64,000 bases of DNA from Bifidobacterium breve (GTDB lineage Bacteria; Actinomycetota; Actinomycetes; Nanopelagicales; Nanopelagicaceae): assembly GCA_945883675.1 (NCBI GenBank), contig CAMCYA010000003.1:1808-65807 (forward strand), given 5' to 3'. The stretch's first letter is position 1; each line of letters begins with the position of its first letter. The position numbers and the translations under genes are program-made. Below are positions 18,773 to 29,772 of the stretch, piece by piece. The notes beneath the pieces were generated by a model. The model searched no databases and was not told the origin of the DNA. It worked only from the letters and a program-made list of their open reading frames with translations.

Positions 18773-19563
18773 TGTTGAATGTTGTTTCAGCTGAGCTCCG
18801 AAAACTCCGTCGACCTACTTTATTTTTGGGAACGATGGCTGCGGTTGTATTTTTTAGCGGTCTTTTTTCTGCGCTTCTATTTCTTTTAATTGATTCACCA
18901 CAAGGTAACTCTGATCGTGGACAGGTTGTAGGTCGTGAAGTTTTGGGACTTGCTACAGGTGGAGTTCAAGGCTTTGCAAGTACTGGAGGATTTCTAGGAA
19001 TAATTGCTCTTTGTGTTTTCGCTGCCCAAACAGCACAGGAATATACATATGGAACTTTGCGTAATCTATTGATTCGCCAACCAGGTCGGCTAAGAATCCT
19101 GATTGGCAAATTGATTGCTATGAAAATTTTTGCTTTTGTCATGATCGTCTTGGCAGCAATAATCGGAATAAGCACATCAGTTGTATTGGCACCTGGTGCC
19201 AAAGTGAATACTGATTTGTGGTTTACATCAGCTGGGATTGAAGCAATCTTCACCTCATTTGTAAATGTGACTATCTCAGTTGTCGGTTTCGGAATAATCG
19301 GAATGGTCCTTGGTTTACTTCTGCGCTCTCCGATCAGTGCAATTTCATTTGGCGTTTTGTGGCTTCTCATTATTGAGAATTTACTGATTGCCGTTAAAGG
19401 TTCACTCCAAAATTGGCTCCCAGGCGCCCAACTCAATGCAATCGCATCAGGTGGAACCTTAGATTTGGCTTATAAAAACGCCTTAACAGTTGGTGGAATT
19501 TATGTAGGTATAGGGGCGATTGTTGCCGCAATACTTTTTGTTCGCCGTGACGTATCTAATTAA
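18772..19563 (+). CDS. ABC-2 type permease
   Basis: Six TM segments, EYTYGTLR..L..P.R motif, C-terminal RRDV. Confidence 0.88.
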   Translation: MLNVVSAELRKLRRPTLFLGTMAAVVFFSGLFSALLFLLIDSPQGNSDRGQVVGREVLGLATGGVQGFASTGGFLGIIALCVFAAQTAQEYTYGTLRNLLIRQPGRLRILIGKLIAMKIFAFVMIVLAAIIGISTSVVLAPGAKVNTDLWFTSAGIEAIFTSFVNVTISVVGFGIIGMVLGLLLRSPISAISFGVLWLLIIENLLIAVKGSLQNWLPGAQLNAIASGGTLDLAYKNALTVGGIYVGIGAIVAAILFVRRDVSN

Positions 19564-19639
19564 AGACACCAGGGTTTAAAACCATCAAATTTTAAGCTTC
19601 ACCATTTATTCTATAGGCCTTCCCTGCGAAAGGTTTTTT

Positions 19640-20839
19640 GTGAAAAAGTTAAAGGCGATTTCACTCGCTGCAATTTTGGGACTGTCGATCTCGTCGGTTC
19701 CAGCTCTTGCAGCCCCAAAACCAACGCTGGCACAAATTGAAGCGGCAAAAAAAGCAGAAGCAGAGAAAAAGAAAATCGCCGACGCTCAGGCTAAAAAACT
19801 TGCAGAAGCCAATCAGAATCTTCGCACACTGACAGCTAAAGCAAATGCAGCAACTGCTCTGTATCGAAAAGCCCAAGAAGAGCTAGCAGTTGCAACAGCT
19901 ATGGCTAATACAGCTGCAAAGCATGCAGCCGAAACCGCTGCATCTGTTATGGATGCCCATAAAACTATTGGACGCTTAGCTGCAAACGCCTACATTCTTG
20001 GTGGAAATATGAGTGACATTGCACCGCTTCTTAGCTCTAATGGTCCTCAAGAATTGATAGATCAAATTTCAACTCTTGGAACTTTAGGTGCCCAGAACTC
20101 TGTCGCACTTGAAAGATTTAAGGTTGCAGAGGCCGCTGCGATTAAGGCCAAAAAAGCTGCAGATGATGCGAAAGCAGCACAAGTTGTCGCTACTGCAAAA
20201 GTTGCAGCTGCCAAGCAGGTTGCAGATGATGCAAAAGAAGAACAAGCCAAAGAAGTAGCAAAACTACAAAAAGTTCAAGACGAGTTAATGCGTCAATTAA
20301 ATAGTGCGCGCAAAGTAAGAACAACATTAGAACAACAAAGACAATTAGCTTTACTTGAAGAAAGCCAAGCAAATACCGCCGCTCAAACTGGCGGCCAACG
20401 TAGCGTGTGGAGTGACTTAGGGTTTAAAGGCCGTGCAACAAATAGAACAACTCAAGCACAACGAGATAAAGCTGTTGCATTTGCCCGAACACAAGTACAA
20501 GCAGGAAAGCCATATGTATGGGGCGATGAAGGTCCTAACGCTTTTGATTGTTCTGGACTTGTTTATGCTGCCTATCGATCAGCAGGCTTAGGTTGGCCAA
20601 ACTGGGATCGCTTAAACTCCGCCCTGTATTCAACTTATACGATGCATGTATCGCTTAAAGAATTAGTACCGGGCGATCTTTTGTTCTATTCATACAAAGG
20701 TTCGGTTTCAACCATTCACCACGTGGCTATTTATGCCGGTAATGGAATGGTTTGGGAAGCTCGTTCCACCAAGAGTGGTTTGCGATTCTCAGATATGTAC
20801 GGGATGCCAGGCCTAATGCCATTTGGAGGACGAGTCTAA
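19640..20839 (+). CDS. Secreted coiled-coil NlpC/P60 peptidoglycan endopeptidase
   Basis: Signal peptide, Ala/Lys-rich coiled coil, PYVWG..GPNAFDCSGL, PGDLLF, HHVAIYAG. Confidence 0.92.
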   Translation: MKKLKAISLAAILGLSISSVPALAAPKPTLAQIEAAKKAEAEKKKIADAQAKKLAEANQNLRTLTAKANAATALYRKAQEELAVATAMANTAAKHAAETAASVMDAHKTIGRLAANAYILGGNMSDIAPLLSSNGPQELIDQISTLGTLGAQNSVALERFKVAEAAAIKAKKAADDAKAAQVVATAKVAAAKQVADDAKEEQAKEVAKLQKVQDELMRQLNSARKVRTTLEQQRQLALLEESQANTAAQTGGQRSVWSDLGFKGRATNRTTQAQRDKAVAFARTQVQAGKPYVWGDEGPNAFDCSGLVYAAYRSAGLGWPNWDRLNSALYSTYTMHVSLKELVPGDLLFYSYKGSVSTIHHVAIYAGNGMVWEARSTKSGLRFSDMYGMPGLMPFGGRV

Positions 20840-20859
20840 AGCACCACTATTGTTAAGCC

Positions 20860-21822
20860 ATGACAATGGCCGTGCCTGCAGTACGTAATGCAGTACGGAC
20901 GTGGTTAGAAAAATTTGAGGCTGGCGATACAGTTTTAGTTGCAGTTTCGGGAGGCGCTGATTCACTTGCTCTTGCGCACGCTCTTTCAGTAGAGGCCAAA
21001 CTGCTAGCAATTAATGTTGTCGGAGTTACAGTTGATCATCAACTCCAAAAAGAATCTGCCACACAAGCACAAAAAACAGTGAATCAACTTTCGACAATGG
21101 ATTTAAAGTGCGTTGTAAAAAAAGTTGAAGTACACATCAAAGATGGATTAGAAGCATCTGCCCGTGCAGCAAGGTACAAAGCCCTAGATGAAATTGCAAT
21201 CAGTGAAAACGCTATTGCAGTTTTTCTTGGGCATACGCAAGATGATCAAGCTGAAACTGTTTTATTGGGGCTTGCTCGAGGATCAGGAACTCGTTCACTT
21301 TCAGGAATGGCCGCCCATACGGGCATCTATATTCGTCCATTCCTAGAACTTAATCGCGAAACAACTGAGAACTATTGCAAAGAATCAGATTTATCTTTTT
21401 GGAAAGACCCACATAATGAAGACTCACAATTTGCCCGAGTTCGTGTTCGCACACAAGCTCTTCCAGTTTTAGAAAAAACTATCGGTCCAGGAATCTCTCA
21501 AGCCCTTGCCCGTAGTTCTCATCTACTTCGAGACGATGCAGATGCACTAGATCACTGGGCAGAGCACGAGGCTATGAAATTAGATTTGGCAGATTTAGAG
21601 TGCGCCCACTTAGAGGCGATGCCAAAAGCGATTCGAACCAGAGTTCTGAGAATCGCAATCTACGCCCAAGGAGCACCCGCAGGTTCAGTTACTGCAGAGC
21701 ACGTGAGCGTAATTGAGGCGCTAATCTCCGCCTGGAGCGGCCAAGGAGCTTCAAATCTTCCTGGCGGTGTGAAGGTTGAGAGAATTTCGGGCAGACTTTC
21801 GCTCTCAACGCAGCGACCATAG
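20860..21822 (+). CDS. tilS: tRNA(Ile)-lysidine synthetase
   Basis: AVSGGADS PP-loop, GHTQDDQAET; tilS-hpt-ftsH synteny. Confidence 0.96.
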   Translation: MTMAVPAVRNAVRTWLEKFEAGDTVLVAVSGGADSLALAHALSVEAKLLAINVVGVTVDHQLQKESATQAQKTVNQLSTMDLKCVVKKVEVHIKDGLEASARAARYKALDEIAISENAIAVFLGHTQDDQAETVLLGLARGSGTRSLSGMAAHTGIYIRPFLELNRETTENYCKESDLSFWKDPHNEDSQFARVRVRTQALPVLEKTIGPGISQALARSSHLLRDDADALDHWAEHEAMKLDLADLECAHLEAMPKAIRTRVLRIAIYAQGAPAGSVTAEHVSVIEALISAWSGQGASNLPGGVKVERISGRLSLSTQRP

Positions 21823-21830
21823 GGAGAACC

Positions 21831-22382
21831 GTGGATCTAGAGGCAGTTAAAGGCGATATCGAACGAGTAATCGTTACAGAAGAACAGTTGCAAACTCGAA
21901 TTAAAGAGCTCGCAATTGAGGTTGGAAAAGATTACGAAGGTAAAGACCTTTTGCTCGTCGGTGTATTAAAAGGTGCGGTTATGGCTGTTGCAGATTTTTC
22001 GCGCGCATTACAACGTCACGTTGATATGGATTGGATGGCTGTTTCATCCTATGGATCTGGTACAAAATCAAGTGGAGTGGTTCGAATACTTAAAGATTTA
22101 GATCGCGATATCACAGGCCGTAATGTTTTAATTATTGAAGACATTGTTGATTCAGGTTTAACGCTTTCTTGGCTCAAATCTAACCTTGAATCGCGAGGAG
22201 TTGGATCTGTAGAGATTCTTTCAATATTACGGAAACCAGAAGCAGCAAAAATTGAAGTTAATGTTAAGTATGTTGGCTTTGACATTCCTAAAGATTTCGT
22301 AATTGGTTACGGCCTTGATTTTGATGAAAAGTATCGCAACCTTCCCTTTATCGGTGTGCTTGCCAAGCACATGTACGAGTAA
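21831..22382 (+). CDS. hpt: Hypoxanthine phosphoribosyltransferase
   Basis: VLKGA, LIIEDIVDSGLTL, FVIGYGLD..EKYRNLP. Confidence 0.97.
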   Translation: MDLEAVKGDIERVIVTEEQLQTRIKELAIEVGKDYEGKDLLLVGVLKGAVMAVADFSRALQRHVDMDWMAVSSYGSGTKSSGVVRILKDLDRDITGRNVLIIEDIVDSGLTLSWLKSNLESRGVGSVEILSILRKPEAAKIEVNVKYVGFDIPKDFVIGYGLDFDEKYRNLPFIGVLAKHMYE

Positions 22383-22407
22383 TTTGTAGAAACGAGAATA
22401 AGAACCC

Positions 22408-24483
22408 ATGTCACAAGTGCAAAAGCCTAAGAAGCAGATCAAGAAGAGTTTTACCAGCAAGCAATCGGAGAAAACTTCTGTTAAGAAACCAAACAAGAAG
22501 CCGACAACTCGTGCTGGGAAAATTTTTCGAGGTCCACTATTTTGGATAATTATTGCAATTTTTGCTGTGACAGGATTGGGACAAATCTCATCTGCTGGAA
22601 ATAAGTACACACAGATTGAAACGTCACAAGCAATTGATGCGATCTCAAAAACACAAGTTCTCTCTGCAGAGATAGTTGATAGACAACAGAAGATCCGACT
22701 AATTTTGACACCAGGCAACCGAATAAACGGCTCCGAGAAAGTTGAAGCTTTTTATGTAGCACGCCAAGAGCCAACGATTATTGATGCATTAACTGGAAAT
22801 CCTCCTCCCAAAGGTTGGAACGTTAAAGTTCCTTCGCAATCCATATTTGTTTCATTCTTGTTCTCAGTCCTGCCATTTTTACTGATTGGATTCTTATTCT
22901 TCTGGATGATGAGCCAAGCCCAAGGCGGAAATAAAGTTTTCCAATTTGGAAAATCAAGGGCAAAACTTCAAAATAATGATGTTCCAAAAACAACTTTCAA
23001 AGATGTAGCAGGTGCAGACGAAGCACTCGCAGAGTTAGATGAGATTAAGGATTTTCTTGCAAAGCCAGAGAAGTACGCACCTTTAGGTGCAAAAATTCCT
23101 AAGGGTGTATTACTTTTCGGCCCACCAGGAACTGGTAAGACTTTATTAGCTCGCGCTGTTGCTGGAGAGGCGGGTGTACCTTTCTATTCGATTTCTGGTT
23201 CAGATTTCGTAGAAATGTTTGTAGGCGTTGGAGCCGCGCGAGTTCGCGACCTGTTTAATCAGGCAAAAGAGAATGCACCTGCGATTGTCTTCATCGATGA
23301 AATTGATGCAGTTGGACGCCAGCGCGGTGCAGGTATGGGTGGCGGTCACGACGAACGCGAACAGACTCTTAACCAGTTACTTGTAGAGATGGATGGATTC
23401 GAAGAGAACTCAAAAGTTATTTTGATCGCTGCAACAAACCGTCCCGATGTGTTAGATCCAGCGCTACTTCGACCAGGTCGTTTCGATCGCCAAATTGCAG
23501 TAGACCGTCCAGATCTGAAGGGACGTGAAGCAATTTTGAAGATTCATTCAAAAGGTAAGCCGATTAACTCATCAGTGAAGTTAGTTGACTATGCCAGACG
23601 TACACCTGGCTTTACAGGTGCCGATCTTGCAAGTGTTGTCAATGAAGCGGCACTTTTATCTGCTCGTGAAAACAAAGTAGATATCGGCAACTTAGAACTT
23701 GATGAAGCTATAGATCGTGTAATGGCCGGTCCACAAAGAAAATCTCGTTTGATGAGTGACGAAGAGCGTCGAGTCACCGCCTATCATGAAGCAGGGCATG
23801 CACTTGTTGCATACGCTTTGCCTCACACAGATCCAGTCCACAAAGTCACAATTATGCCTCGTGGCCGCGCATTGGGTTACACAATGGTTTTACCAGATGA
23901 AGATAAATACTCCACAACTCGAAATCAGCTATTGGATCAATTGGCCTACTCCCTTGGCGGCCGTGCTGCCGAAGAGTTAATTTTTCATGATCCATCAACT
24001 GGTGCATCAAATGACATTGAAAAAGCCACCTCACTTGCACGGGCAATGGTTACTCAATATGGAATGACTTCAGCAATTGGGGCTATCAAATTGGGCGGCG
24101 GAAGTAGTGAACCATTTATGGGTCGCGACTACGGTCACCAACGTGATTACAGTGAAAACATTGCAGGAATTGTCGATCGTGAAATTAGAACTTTGATTGA
24201 AACTGCTCACCAAGAAGCTTTCGATATTTTAGTTGCTAATCGTAAGATTCTTGACGAGATGGTAATTGAACTACTTGAAAAAGAAACCCTAAACAAAGAT
24301 GAGATCGCAGTTATTTTCAAGAAAGTAAAGAAAGTGACAGCAAGAGTTGCCTGGACTGGCTCTGCAACACGTATCCCATCTTCTCAGCCTCCGGTTGATG
24401 TACCGGAGCGAATTGCAGTAGAACCTGTTGCAGATACAAAAAAGCCAACAAGGCGTAAAAAGGCTGTAAGTGACGATAAATAA
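22408..24483 (+). CDS. ftsH: ATP-dependent zinc metalloprotease FtsH
   Basis: Two TMs, [20 protein letters not shown]. Confidence 0.98.
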   Translation: MSQVQKPKKQIKKSFTSKQSEKTSVKKPNKKPTTRAGKIFRGPLFWIIIAIFAVTGLGQISSAGNKYTQIETSQAIDAISKTQVLSAEIVDRQQKIRLILTPGNRINGSEKVEAFYVARQEPTIIDALTGNPPPKGWNVKVPSQSIFVSFLFSVLPFLLIGFLFFWMMSQAQGGNKVFQFGKSRAKLQNNDVPKTTFKDVAGADEALAELDEIKDFLAKPEKYAPLGAKIPKGVLLFGPPGTGKTLLARAVAGEAGVPFYSISGSDFVEMFVGVGAARVRDLFNQAKENAPAIVFIDEIDAVGRQRGAGMGGGHDEREQTLNQLLVEMDGFEENSKVILIAATNRPDVLDPALLRPGRFDRQIAVDRPDLKGREAILKIHSKGKPINSSVKLVDYARRTPGFTGADLASVVNEAALLSARENKVDIGNLELDEAIDRVMAGPQRKSRLMSDEERRVTAYHEAGHALVAYALPHTDPVHKVTIMPRGRALGYTMVLPDEDKYSTTRNQLLDQLAYSLGGRAAEELIFHDPSTGASNDIEKATSLARAMVTQYGMTSAIGAIKLGGGSSEPFMGRDYGHQRDYSENIAGIVDREIRTLIETAHQEAFDILVANRKILDEMVIELLEKETLNKDEIAVIFKKVKKVTARVAWTGSATRIPSSQPPVDVPERIAVEPVADTKKPTRRKKAVSDDK

Positions 24484-25072
24484 ACTCACGGTCTCTGATG
24501 GTCGGGCAAAAGCGCCATACGATAAAGAACGTGCAGAAAAAGCTGTACGAGAACTCTTATTTGCTTTGGGTGAAGATCCAGATCGCGAAGGTTTAAAGGA
24601 GACTCCTGCTCGCGTAGCACGTGCGATGGCAGAAAACTTCGAAGGCCTATGGCAATCACCCCAAGATGTTTTAACAACAACTTTTGATATTGGTCATGAA
24701 GAGTTAGTAATTGTTAGGGATATAGAAGTGTTTTCCCACTGTGAACATCACTTAACGCCCTTTCACGGTGTTGCACACATCGGTTACATTCCTCGTGGCA
24801 AGATCACTGGACTTTCGAAGCTAGCACGTTTAGTTGATGTATATGCAAAACGTCCGCAAGTTCAAGAGCGTTTAACCACACAAATTGCAGATGCCATGGT
24901 GGAGATTTTAAATCCACTGGGAGTGATCGTGATTATTGATTGTGAACACCTTTGTATGTCTATGCGAGGTGTAAAGAAATCTCAAGCACGTACAACTACG
25001 TCAGCGGTGCGTGGAGCATTAAATAATGCAGCAACACGTTCAGAAGCAATCGCCTTAATCACCAGAGGCTAG
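24470..25072 (+). CDS. folE: GTP cyclohydrolase I
   Basis: [29 protein letters not shown]. Confidence 0.96.
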   Translation: MTINKLTVSDGRAKAPYDKERAEKAVRELLFALGEDPDREGLKETPARVARAMAENFEGLWQSPQDVLTTTFDIGHEELVIVRDIEVFSHCEHHLTPFHGVAHIGYIPRGKITGLSKLARLVDVYAKRPQVQERLTTQIADAMVEILNPLGVIVIIDCEHLCMSMRGVKKSQARTTTSAVRGALNNAATRSEAIALITRG

Positions 25073-25076
25073 TTTT

Positions 25077-25844
25077 ATGTTAGTGATGGGTATTTTAAAT
25101 GTAACCCCTGATTCCTTTGCTGATGGCGGAAAACACAATGAATTAGATGCTGCTGTATCACGGGGCTTAGAGATGATTGCAGAAGGTGTAGATGTTATTG
25201 ATATCGGTGGAGAATCAACTAGGCCCGGAGCAGAACGAGTCAGTGAGCAAGAAGAATTAAATCGTACGATTCCTGTAATTGAAAAAATGGCACCTTACCT
25301 TGACAAAAACAGTGTGAAGATAAGTATCGATACGATGCGAGCTAGCGTTGCAGAAGCAGCGATAAAAGCTGGGGCATCCATTATTAACGATGTGAGCGCA
25401 GGCTTGTCTGATAATCAGATGCTCTCTACTGCTGCGCGATTAAAAGTCCCATATATTGCAATGCACTGGCGTGGACATTCCAAAGATATGAATTCAAAAG
25501 CGGTGTACAAAGATGTTGTCTCAGAAACCATTTCGGAGCTAGAAGATCGAATTCAAGATGCGTTATCAAATGGAGTTATTAAAGAGAATCTAATTATCGA
25601 TCCTGGTCTTGGTTTTGCAAAAGATTCAGAACATAATTGGGCAATAATTGATGCAATTGATCGCTTTGTTGACATGGGTTATCCGGTTTTAGTTGGTGGT
25701 TCACGCAAAAGATTCTTAGGTGGAGATTCTCCGGATGAACGGGAAGAGGCCACAATTAATTTGACGAAGAAACTTAAAGGAACTGGTATTTGGGCCGTTA
25801 GAGTTCACTCTGTTAAGCCACACAAGGAGGCCTTGAGATCATGA
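25077..25844 (+). CDS. folP: Dihydropteroate synthase
   Basis: MGILNVTPDSFADGG, GGESTRPGA, DPGLGFAK, SRKRF. Confidence 0.96.
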   Translation: MLVMGILNVTPDSFADGGKHNELDAAVSRGLEMIAEGVDVIDIGGESTRPGAERVSEQEELNRTIPVIEKMAPYLDKNSVKISIDTMRASVAEAAIKAGASIINDVSAGLSDNQMLSTAARLKVPYIAMHWRGHSKDMNSKAVYKDVVSETISELEDRIQDALSNGVIKENLIIDPGLGFAKDSEHNWAIIDAIDRFVDMGYPVLVGGSRKRFLGGDSPDEREEATINLTKKLKGTGIWAVRVHSVKPHKEALRS

Positions 25845-26203
25845 GTGATCAAATAATTCTTACCGGCATCCATGGGTATGGCCATCATGGTTTATTTGAA
25901 TCTGAGCGATTAAATGGCCAAGACTTCTATGTAGATTTAATCCTAGATGTGGATTTAGCACCGTCAGCACTTTCTGATGCAATTGATGACACGGTTAACT
26001 ACGCAGAGATAACAGATTTAACGTATGAAGAGATTACGACAGATCCAGTTAACTTAATTGAAAAATTGGCATACAGAATTGCGGAGAGAATTTTAGAGGG
26101 CCACCCAAAAGTAAATACAGTAACTGTTACAGTTCATAAACCTCAAGCACCCGTGGAAAGTAAAGTCAAAGATATTTCAGTAACTGTAAATAAATCACGA
26201 TGA
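25841..26203 (+). CDS. folB: Dihydroneopterin aldolase
   Basis: GHHG...ER..GQ.F, DTVNY, NLIE, KPQAP. Confidence 0.95.
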   Translation: MSDQIILTGIHGYGHHGLFESERLNGQDFYVDLILDVDLAPSALSDAIDDTVNYAEITDLTYEEITTDPVNLIEKLAYRIAERILEGHPKVNTVTVTVHKPQAPVESKVKDISVTVNKSR

Positions 26204-26649
26204 AAGCAGTAATCTCTCTGGGTGCTAATTTGGGAAACCCAAAGGATAATTTAGATACTGTTCTAGCTTTATTACGTGAGGCCACCATTGTAAAATCAGT
26301 TTCTTCCTATATAACTACAAAGCCAGTTGGCGGCCCTGAGCAACCAGATTATTTAAATGCGATTTGTATTGTTGACAGCGACCTTCCTGCACTGGATTTG
26401 CTTTCAGTGCTACATGGAATAGAAAAAGCCATGGGGCGAGAGCGAATTCAACATTGGGGCCCTCGCACAATTGATTTAGATCTCATTCAATATGGAGACT
26501 TAATTAGCAAAGCCGATGAGTTAGTTCTTCCACATCCACGAGCCCATGAGCGTAGATTTGTTTTGCAACCCTGGTTTGAAATTGAGCCTGATGCAATCCT
26601 GCTTACCCACGGAGCGATTAAAGATCTTTTGGAGCAACTGCCCGCTTAG
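26200..26649 (+). CDS. folK: 2-amino-4-hydroxy-6-hydroxymethyldihydropteridine diphosphokinase
   Basis: LGANLG, QPDYLN, WGPRTIDLD, LPHPRAHERRFVL. Confidence 0.96.
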   Translation: MKAVISLGANLGNPKDNLDTVLALLREATIVKSVSSYITTKPVGGPEQPDYLNAICIVDSDLPALDLLSVLHGIEKAMGRERIQHWGPRTIDLDLIQYGDLISKADELVLPHPRAHERRFVLQPWFEIEPDAILLTHGAIKDLLEQLPA

Positions 26650-26652
26650 CGC

Positions 26653-26702
26653 TAAACTATAGATATCTCGCCCGGTACCTGAAAGGACTGGAGCCACTTC
26701 AA
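26653..26702 (+). promoter_or_regulatory. panC internal promoter and bulged-A leader hairpin overlapping the SD
   Basis: -10 TAAACT 26653-58; CCGGT-A-CCT-gaa-AGG-ACTGG (26672-26691) overlaps GGAG (26690-93). Confidence 0.45.
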
Positions 26703-27455
26703 ATGAGCGTATTAGTTCCAACAATGGGTGCCTTACATAAAGGCCATCAAGCATTGATTAAGCGTGCTCGAACACTGGATAAAGAAGTAATCGTAAGCAT
26801 CTTCATTAATCCACTTCAATTTGAAAACAAGGAAGAGATCGAAAAGTATCCACGTACTCCAGAACGTGACATTGAAATTGCAACTATTGCCGGTGCTACA
26901 CAGGTTTGGTTTCCTGAATTTGAAGATCTCTACCCGCAAGGTTTTCAAACTCTTAACTCTGGTGCCTTGGGTTCAATATTTGAGGGGGCATCAAGACCAG
27001 GTCATTTCGATGGAGTGGTAACAGTTGTGGATCGATTATTTGCTCTAACTAAGCCAAACAAAGCAGTTTTTGGGGAAAAGGATTTTCAGCAGCTTTCAAT
27101 AATTAGATCCATGAAAAGTAAGGTTGAAATTATTGGTGTACCAACAGTTCGTGAATTCGATGGGCTTGCAATGTCTTCACGAAACGTGCGCCTGAGTGCT
27201 GAGGGTCGAAATAGTGCACTAGTAGTCAATCGAGCTCTCTCTGCAGCAAGGTTAGCCCCAACAGTTGAGATAGCAATTGAAATATTAAATTCAACAATCT
27301 CGACAGAATTAGGATTTAAAAAAGACTACGCAACTGTAATTGACGAGGAAAATTTTTCAATAGCAACAGATTCAACTAAATTAAAGAGAATGATTATTGC
27401 TGGTTGGGTTGAAGGTATCCGATTAATTGACAATATGCCGATGGTAGGGAGATAA
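26703..27455 (+). CDS. panC: Pantoate--beta-alanine ligase
   Basis: VPTMGALHKGH, SIFINPLQF, SRPGHFDGV, FGEKDFQQ, GLAMSSRN, RLIDN. Confidence 0.95.
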   Translation: MSVLVPTMGALHKGHQALIKRARTLDKEVIVSIFINPLQFENKEEIEKYPRTPERDIEIATIAGATQVWFPEFEDLYPQGFQTLNSGALGSIFEGASRPGHFDGVVTVVDRLFALTKPNKAVFGEKDFQQLSIIRSMKSKVEIIGVPTVREFDGLAMSSRNVRLSAEGRNSALVVNRALSAARLAPTVEIAIEILNSTISTELGFKKDYATVIDEENFSIATDSTKLKRMIIAGWVEGIRLIDNMPMVGR

Positions 27456-27457
27456 AG

Positions 27458-28222
27458 ATGCTGTTGACTGTGGATGTAGGTAATACAAATACTGTTCTTG
27501 GTATTTTTGATAACAAAGAGTTGATTCGCTCGTGGCGTGTAAAAACTGATCCACGTAGTACAGCGGATGAACTTTGGCTGCAATTTCGAGCACTAATTGA
27601 GGATTACAATTTAACTGGTCTATCAATCTGTTCTACAGTTCCAGCTACTTTACGAGAGCTTCGAACCATGATTGCCGATTACTTTGTAGATGTTCCTGTA
27701 ACTATTGTGGAACCTGGAACAAAGACTGGGGTTCCACTTCTAGTTGATAATCCAAAAGAGATTGGTGCCGATCGGATTGTAAATACTCTGGCCGCGCATA
27801 CAATTTTTGGTGGCCCGGCAATTGTTGTTGATTTCGGTACTTCAACAAATCTTGATGTTGTATCACCAAAAGGTGAGTTTCTAGGGGGTGCTCTTGCACC
27901 AGGTATTGAGATCTCTGTCGATGCACTTGCAGCTCGCGCGGCTCAACTTCGAAAGATCGAATTAGTAAAACCCAAAAATGTAATTGGAAAAAATACTGTG
28001 GAAGCCTTGCAATCTGGAACAATCTTTGGATTTGCTGGCCAAGTTGATGGATTAGTAGATCGGATTACAGCAGAGCTTGCTGATTTATATTCTCAAAAGC
28101 CAATAGTTATTGCTACAGGTGGCTTGGCACCCTTAATGGTGGGTGTTTCAGAAACAATCGAGCATCATGAGCCTGATTTAACGTTGATTGGACTTCGTCT
28201 AATTCATGAGCGAAATGCTTGA
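27458..28222 (+). CDS. coaX: Type III pantothenate kinase
   Basis: DVGNTNT, GADR, VDFGTST, ATGGLA. Confidence 0.95.
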   Translation: MLLTVDVGNTNTVLGIFDNKELIRSWRVKTDPRSTADELWLQFRALIEDYNLTGLSICSTVPATLRELRTMIADYFVDVPVTIVEPGTKTGVPLLVDNPKEIGADRIVNTLAAHTIFGGPAIVVDFGTSTNLDVVSPKGEFLGGALAPGIEISVDALAARAAQLRKIELVKPKNVIGKNTVEALQSGTIFGFAGQVDGLVDRITAELADLYSQKPIVIATGGLAPLMVGVSETIEHHEPDLTLIGLRLIHERNA

Positions 28223-28242
28223 GTCGGTAGACTTGCCAACCT

Positions 28243-29769
28243 ATGAGCACTGATAATTCAACTGGTTCTACTTCAAACTCTGGGGCTGAAGAAGATTTAC
28301 CTGAGCAGCTCCGAATTCGCCGAGAAAAGCGTGCTGCCCTAATTGCCCGAGATGTTGAGCCATATCCAGTATCAGTACCTCGCACAAAATCTCTTATAGA
28401 GATACGTGAAAAATATGTTGGTCTTGAGATCGATGTTGCGACAGGGGATGTTGAATCATTAACAGGAAGAATTATATTTAAGCGCGATACAGGCAAACTT
28501 TGTTTTGCAACTTTACGTGAAGGCGATGGCACTGAACTTCAGGCGATGTTGTCTCTAGATAAGGTTGGCCAAGATGCACTTGAATCCTGGAAGTCAGACA
28601 TTGACTTGGGTGACATCGTTTCGATAACAGGTGAGATCATTACCTCAAAACGTGGTGAACTTTCTGTACTGGCTAACTCTTGGACATTGGCATCAAAGTC
28701 TCTTCGACCTTTACCAAATGATCACAAACCAATGTCAGAAGAGACTCGCGTACGTATGCGTTATGTTGATTTAATAGTTCGACCCGAGGCTCGAAGTAAC
28801 GCACGATTGCGCCCGACTGTAATGAAATCTTTACGCGCTACTTTTGAAAAAGAAAAGTTTGTAGAAGTTGAGACTCCCATGCTTCAGGTAATGCATGGTG
28901 GGGCTGCTGCACGTCCATTTAAGTCTTATTCGAATGCTTACGATATGGAGCTCTACCTCCGAATAGCCCCAGAGCTTTTTCTCAAGCGTTGTGTTGTAGG
29001 TGGTATCGAACGCGTATTTGAAATTAACCGTAACTTTCGCAACGAGGGAGCAGATTCTTCCCACTCACCTGAGTTTGCAATGATCGAGAGTTATATGGCC
29101 TACGGAGACTGGCTCTCGATCGCTGATTTAACACGAGAGCTAGTTCAAAATGCTGCGATGGCAATTGCAGGTTCACACGTTGTAACGCACCACGATGGAC
29201 GCCAAGCAAATTTAGGTGGCCAGTGGAAACAAATTTCACTATACGAAGCCATTTCCCAGGGAGTTGGCCAAACGGTTACAGCCTTAACTTCAATAGCAGA
29301 GCTCAAGAAAATCGCTGAAAAACTTGGGATGAAGGTTGACCCTAAGTGGATTACAGGAAAATTAGCTGAAGAGATATTTGAACATGTTGCCAAAGATCAA
29401 CTAATTGAACCTACATTTGTTATGGGTTTTCCCGTTGATACATCACCACTAGTTCGAGCACATCGCGAAATCCCAGGAGTTGCTGAAAAATGGGATTTAT
29501 ATGTAGATGGTTTTGAATTAGCAACTGGTTACTCCGAGCTAATTGATCCCGTGATTCAACGTGATCGTTTGGTTGAGCAAGCAACACTTGGCTCAAAGGG
29601 TGATCTTGAAGCAATGCAAGTTGATGAAGATTTCTTGCGTGCAATGGAGTTTGCAATGCCACCAACAGGTGGAATGGGTATGGGTGTTGATCGATTGTTA
29701 ATGGCACTAACCGGGCTAGGAATTCGTGAAACAATTTTGTTCCCGCTTGTAAAGCCTGAGATGGATTAA
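28243..29769 (+). CDS. lysS: Lysyl-tRNA synthetase class II
   Basis: OB fold, GGAAARPF, LRIAPEL, FRNEG, PPTGGMGMGVDR. Confidence 0.97.
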   Translation: MSTDNSTGSTSNSGAEEDLPEQLRIRREKRAALIARDVEPYPVSVPRTKSLIEIREKYVGLEIDVATGDVESLTGRIIFKRDTGKLCFATLREGDGTELQAMLSLDKVGQDALESWKSDIDLGDIVSITGEIITSKRGELSVLANSWTLASKSLRPLPNDHKPMSEETRVRMRYVDLIVRPEARSNARLRPTVMKSLRATFEKEKFVEVETPMLQVMHGGAAARPFKSYSNAYDMELYLRIAPELFLKRCVVGGIERVFEINRNFRNEGADSSHSPEFAMIESYMAYGDWLSIADLTRELVQNAAMAIAGSHVVTHHDGRQANLGGQWKQISLYEAISQGVGQTVTALTSIAELKKIAEKLGMKVDPKWITGKLAEEIFEHVAKDQLIEPTFVMGFPVDTSPLVRAHREIPGVAEKWDLYVDGFELATGYSELIDPVIQRDRLVEQATLGSKGDLEAMQVDEDFLRAMEFAMPPTGGMGMGVDRLLMALTGLGIRETILFPLVKPEMD

Positions 29770-29772
29770 GTA

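Noticed and set aside
19640-20400. Ala/Lys-rich repeats suggesting a phage tape-measure or TolA-like protein
   Set aside because: It is the coiled-coil arm of an NlpC/P60 hydrolase; no phage genes nearby.
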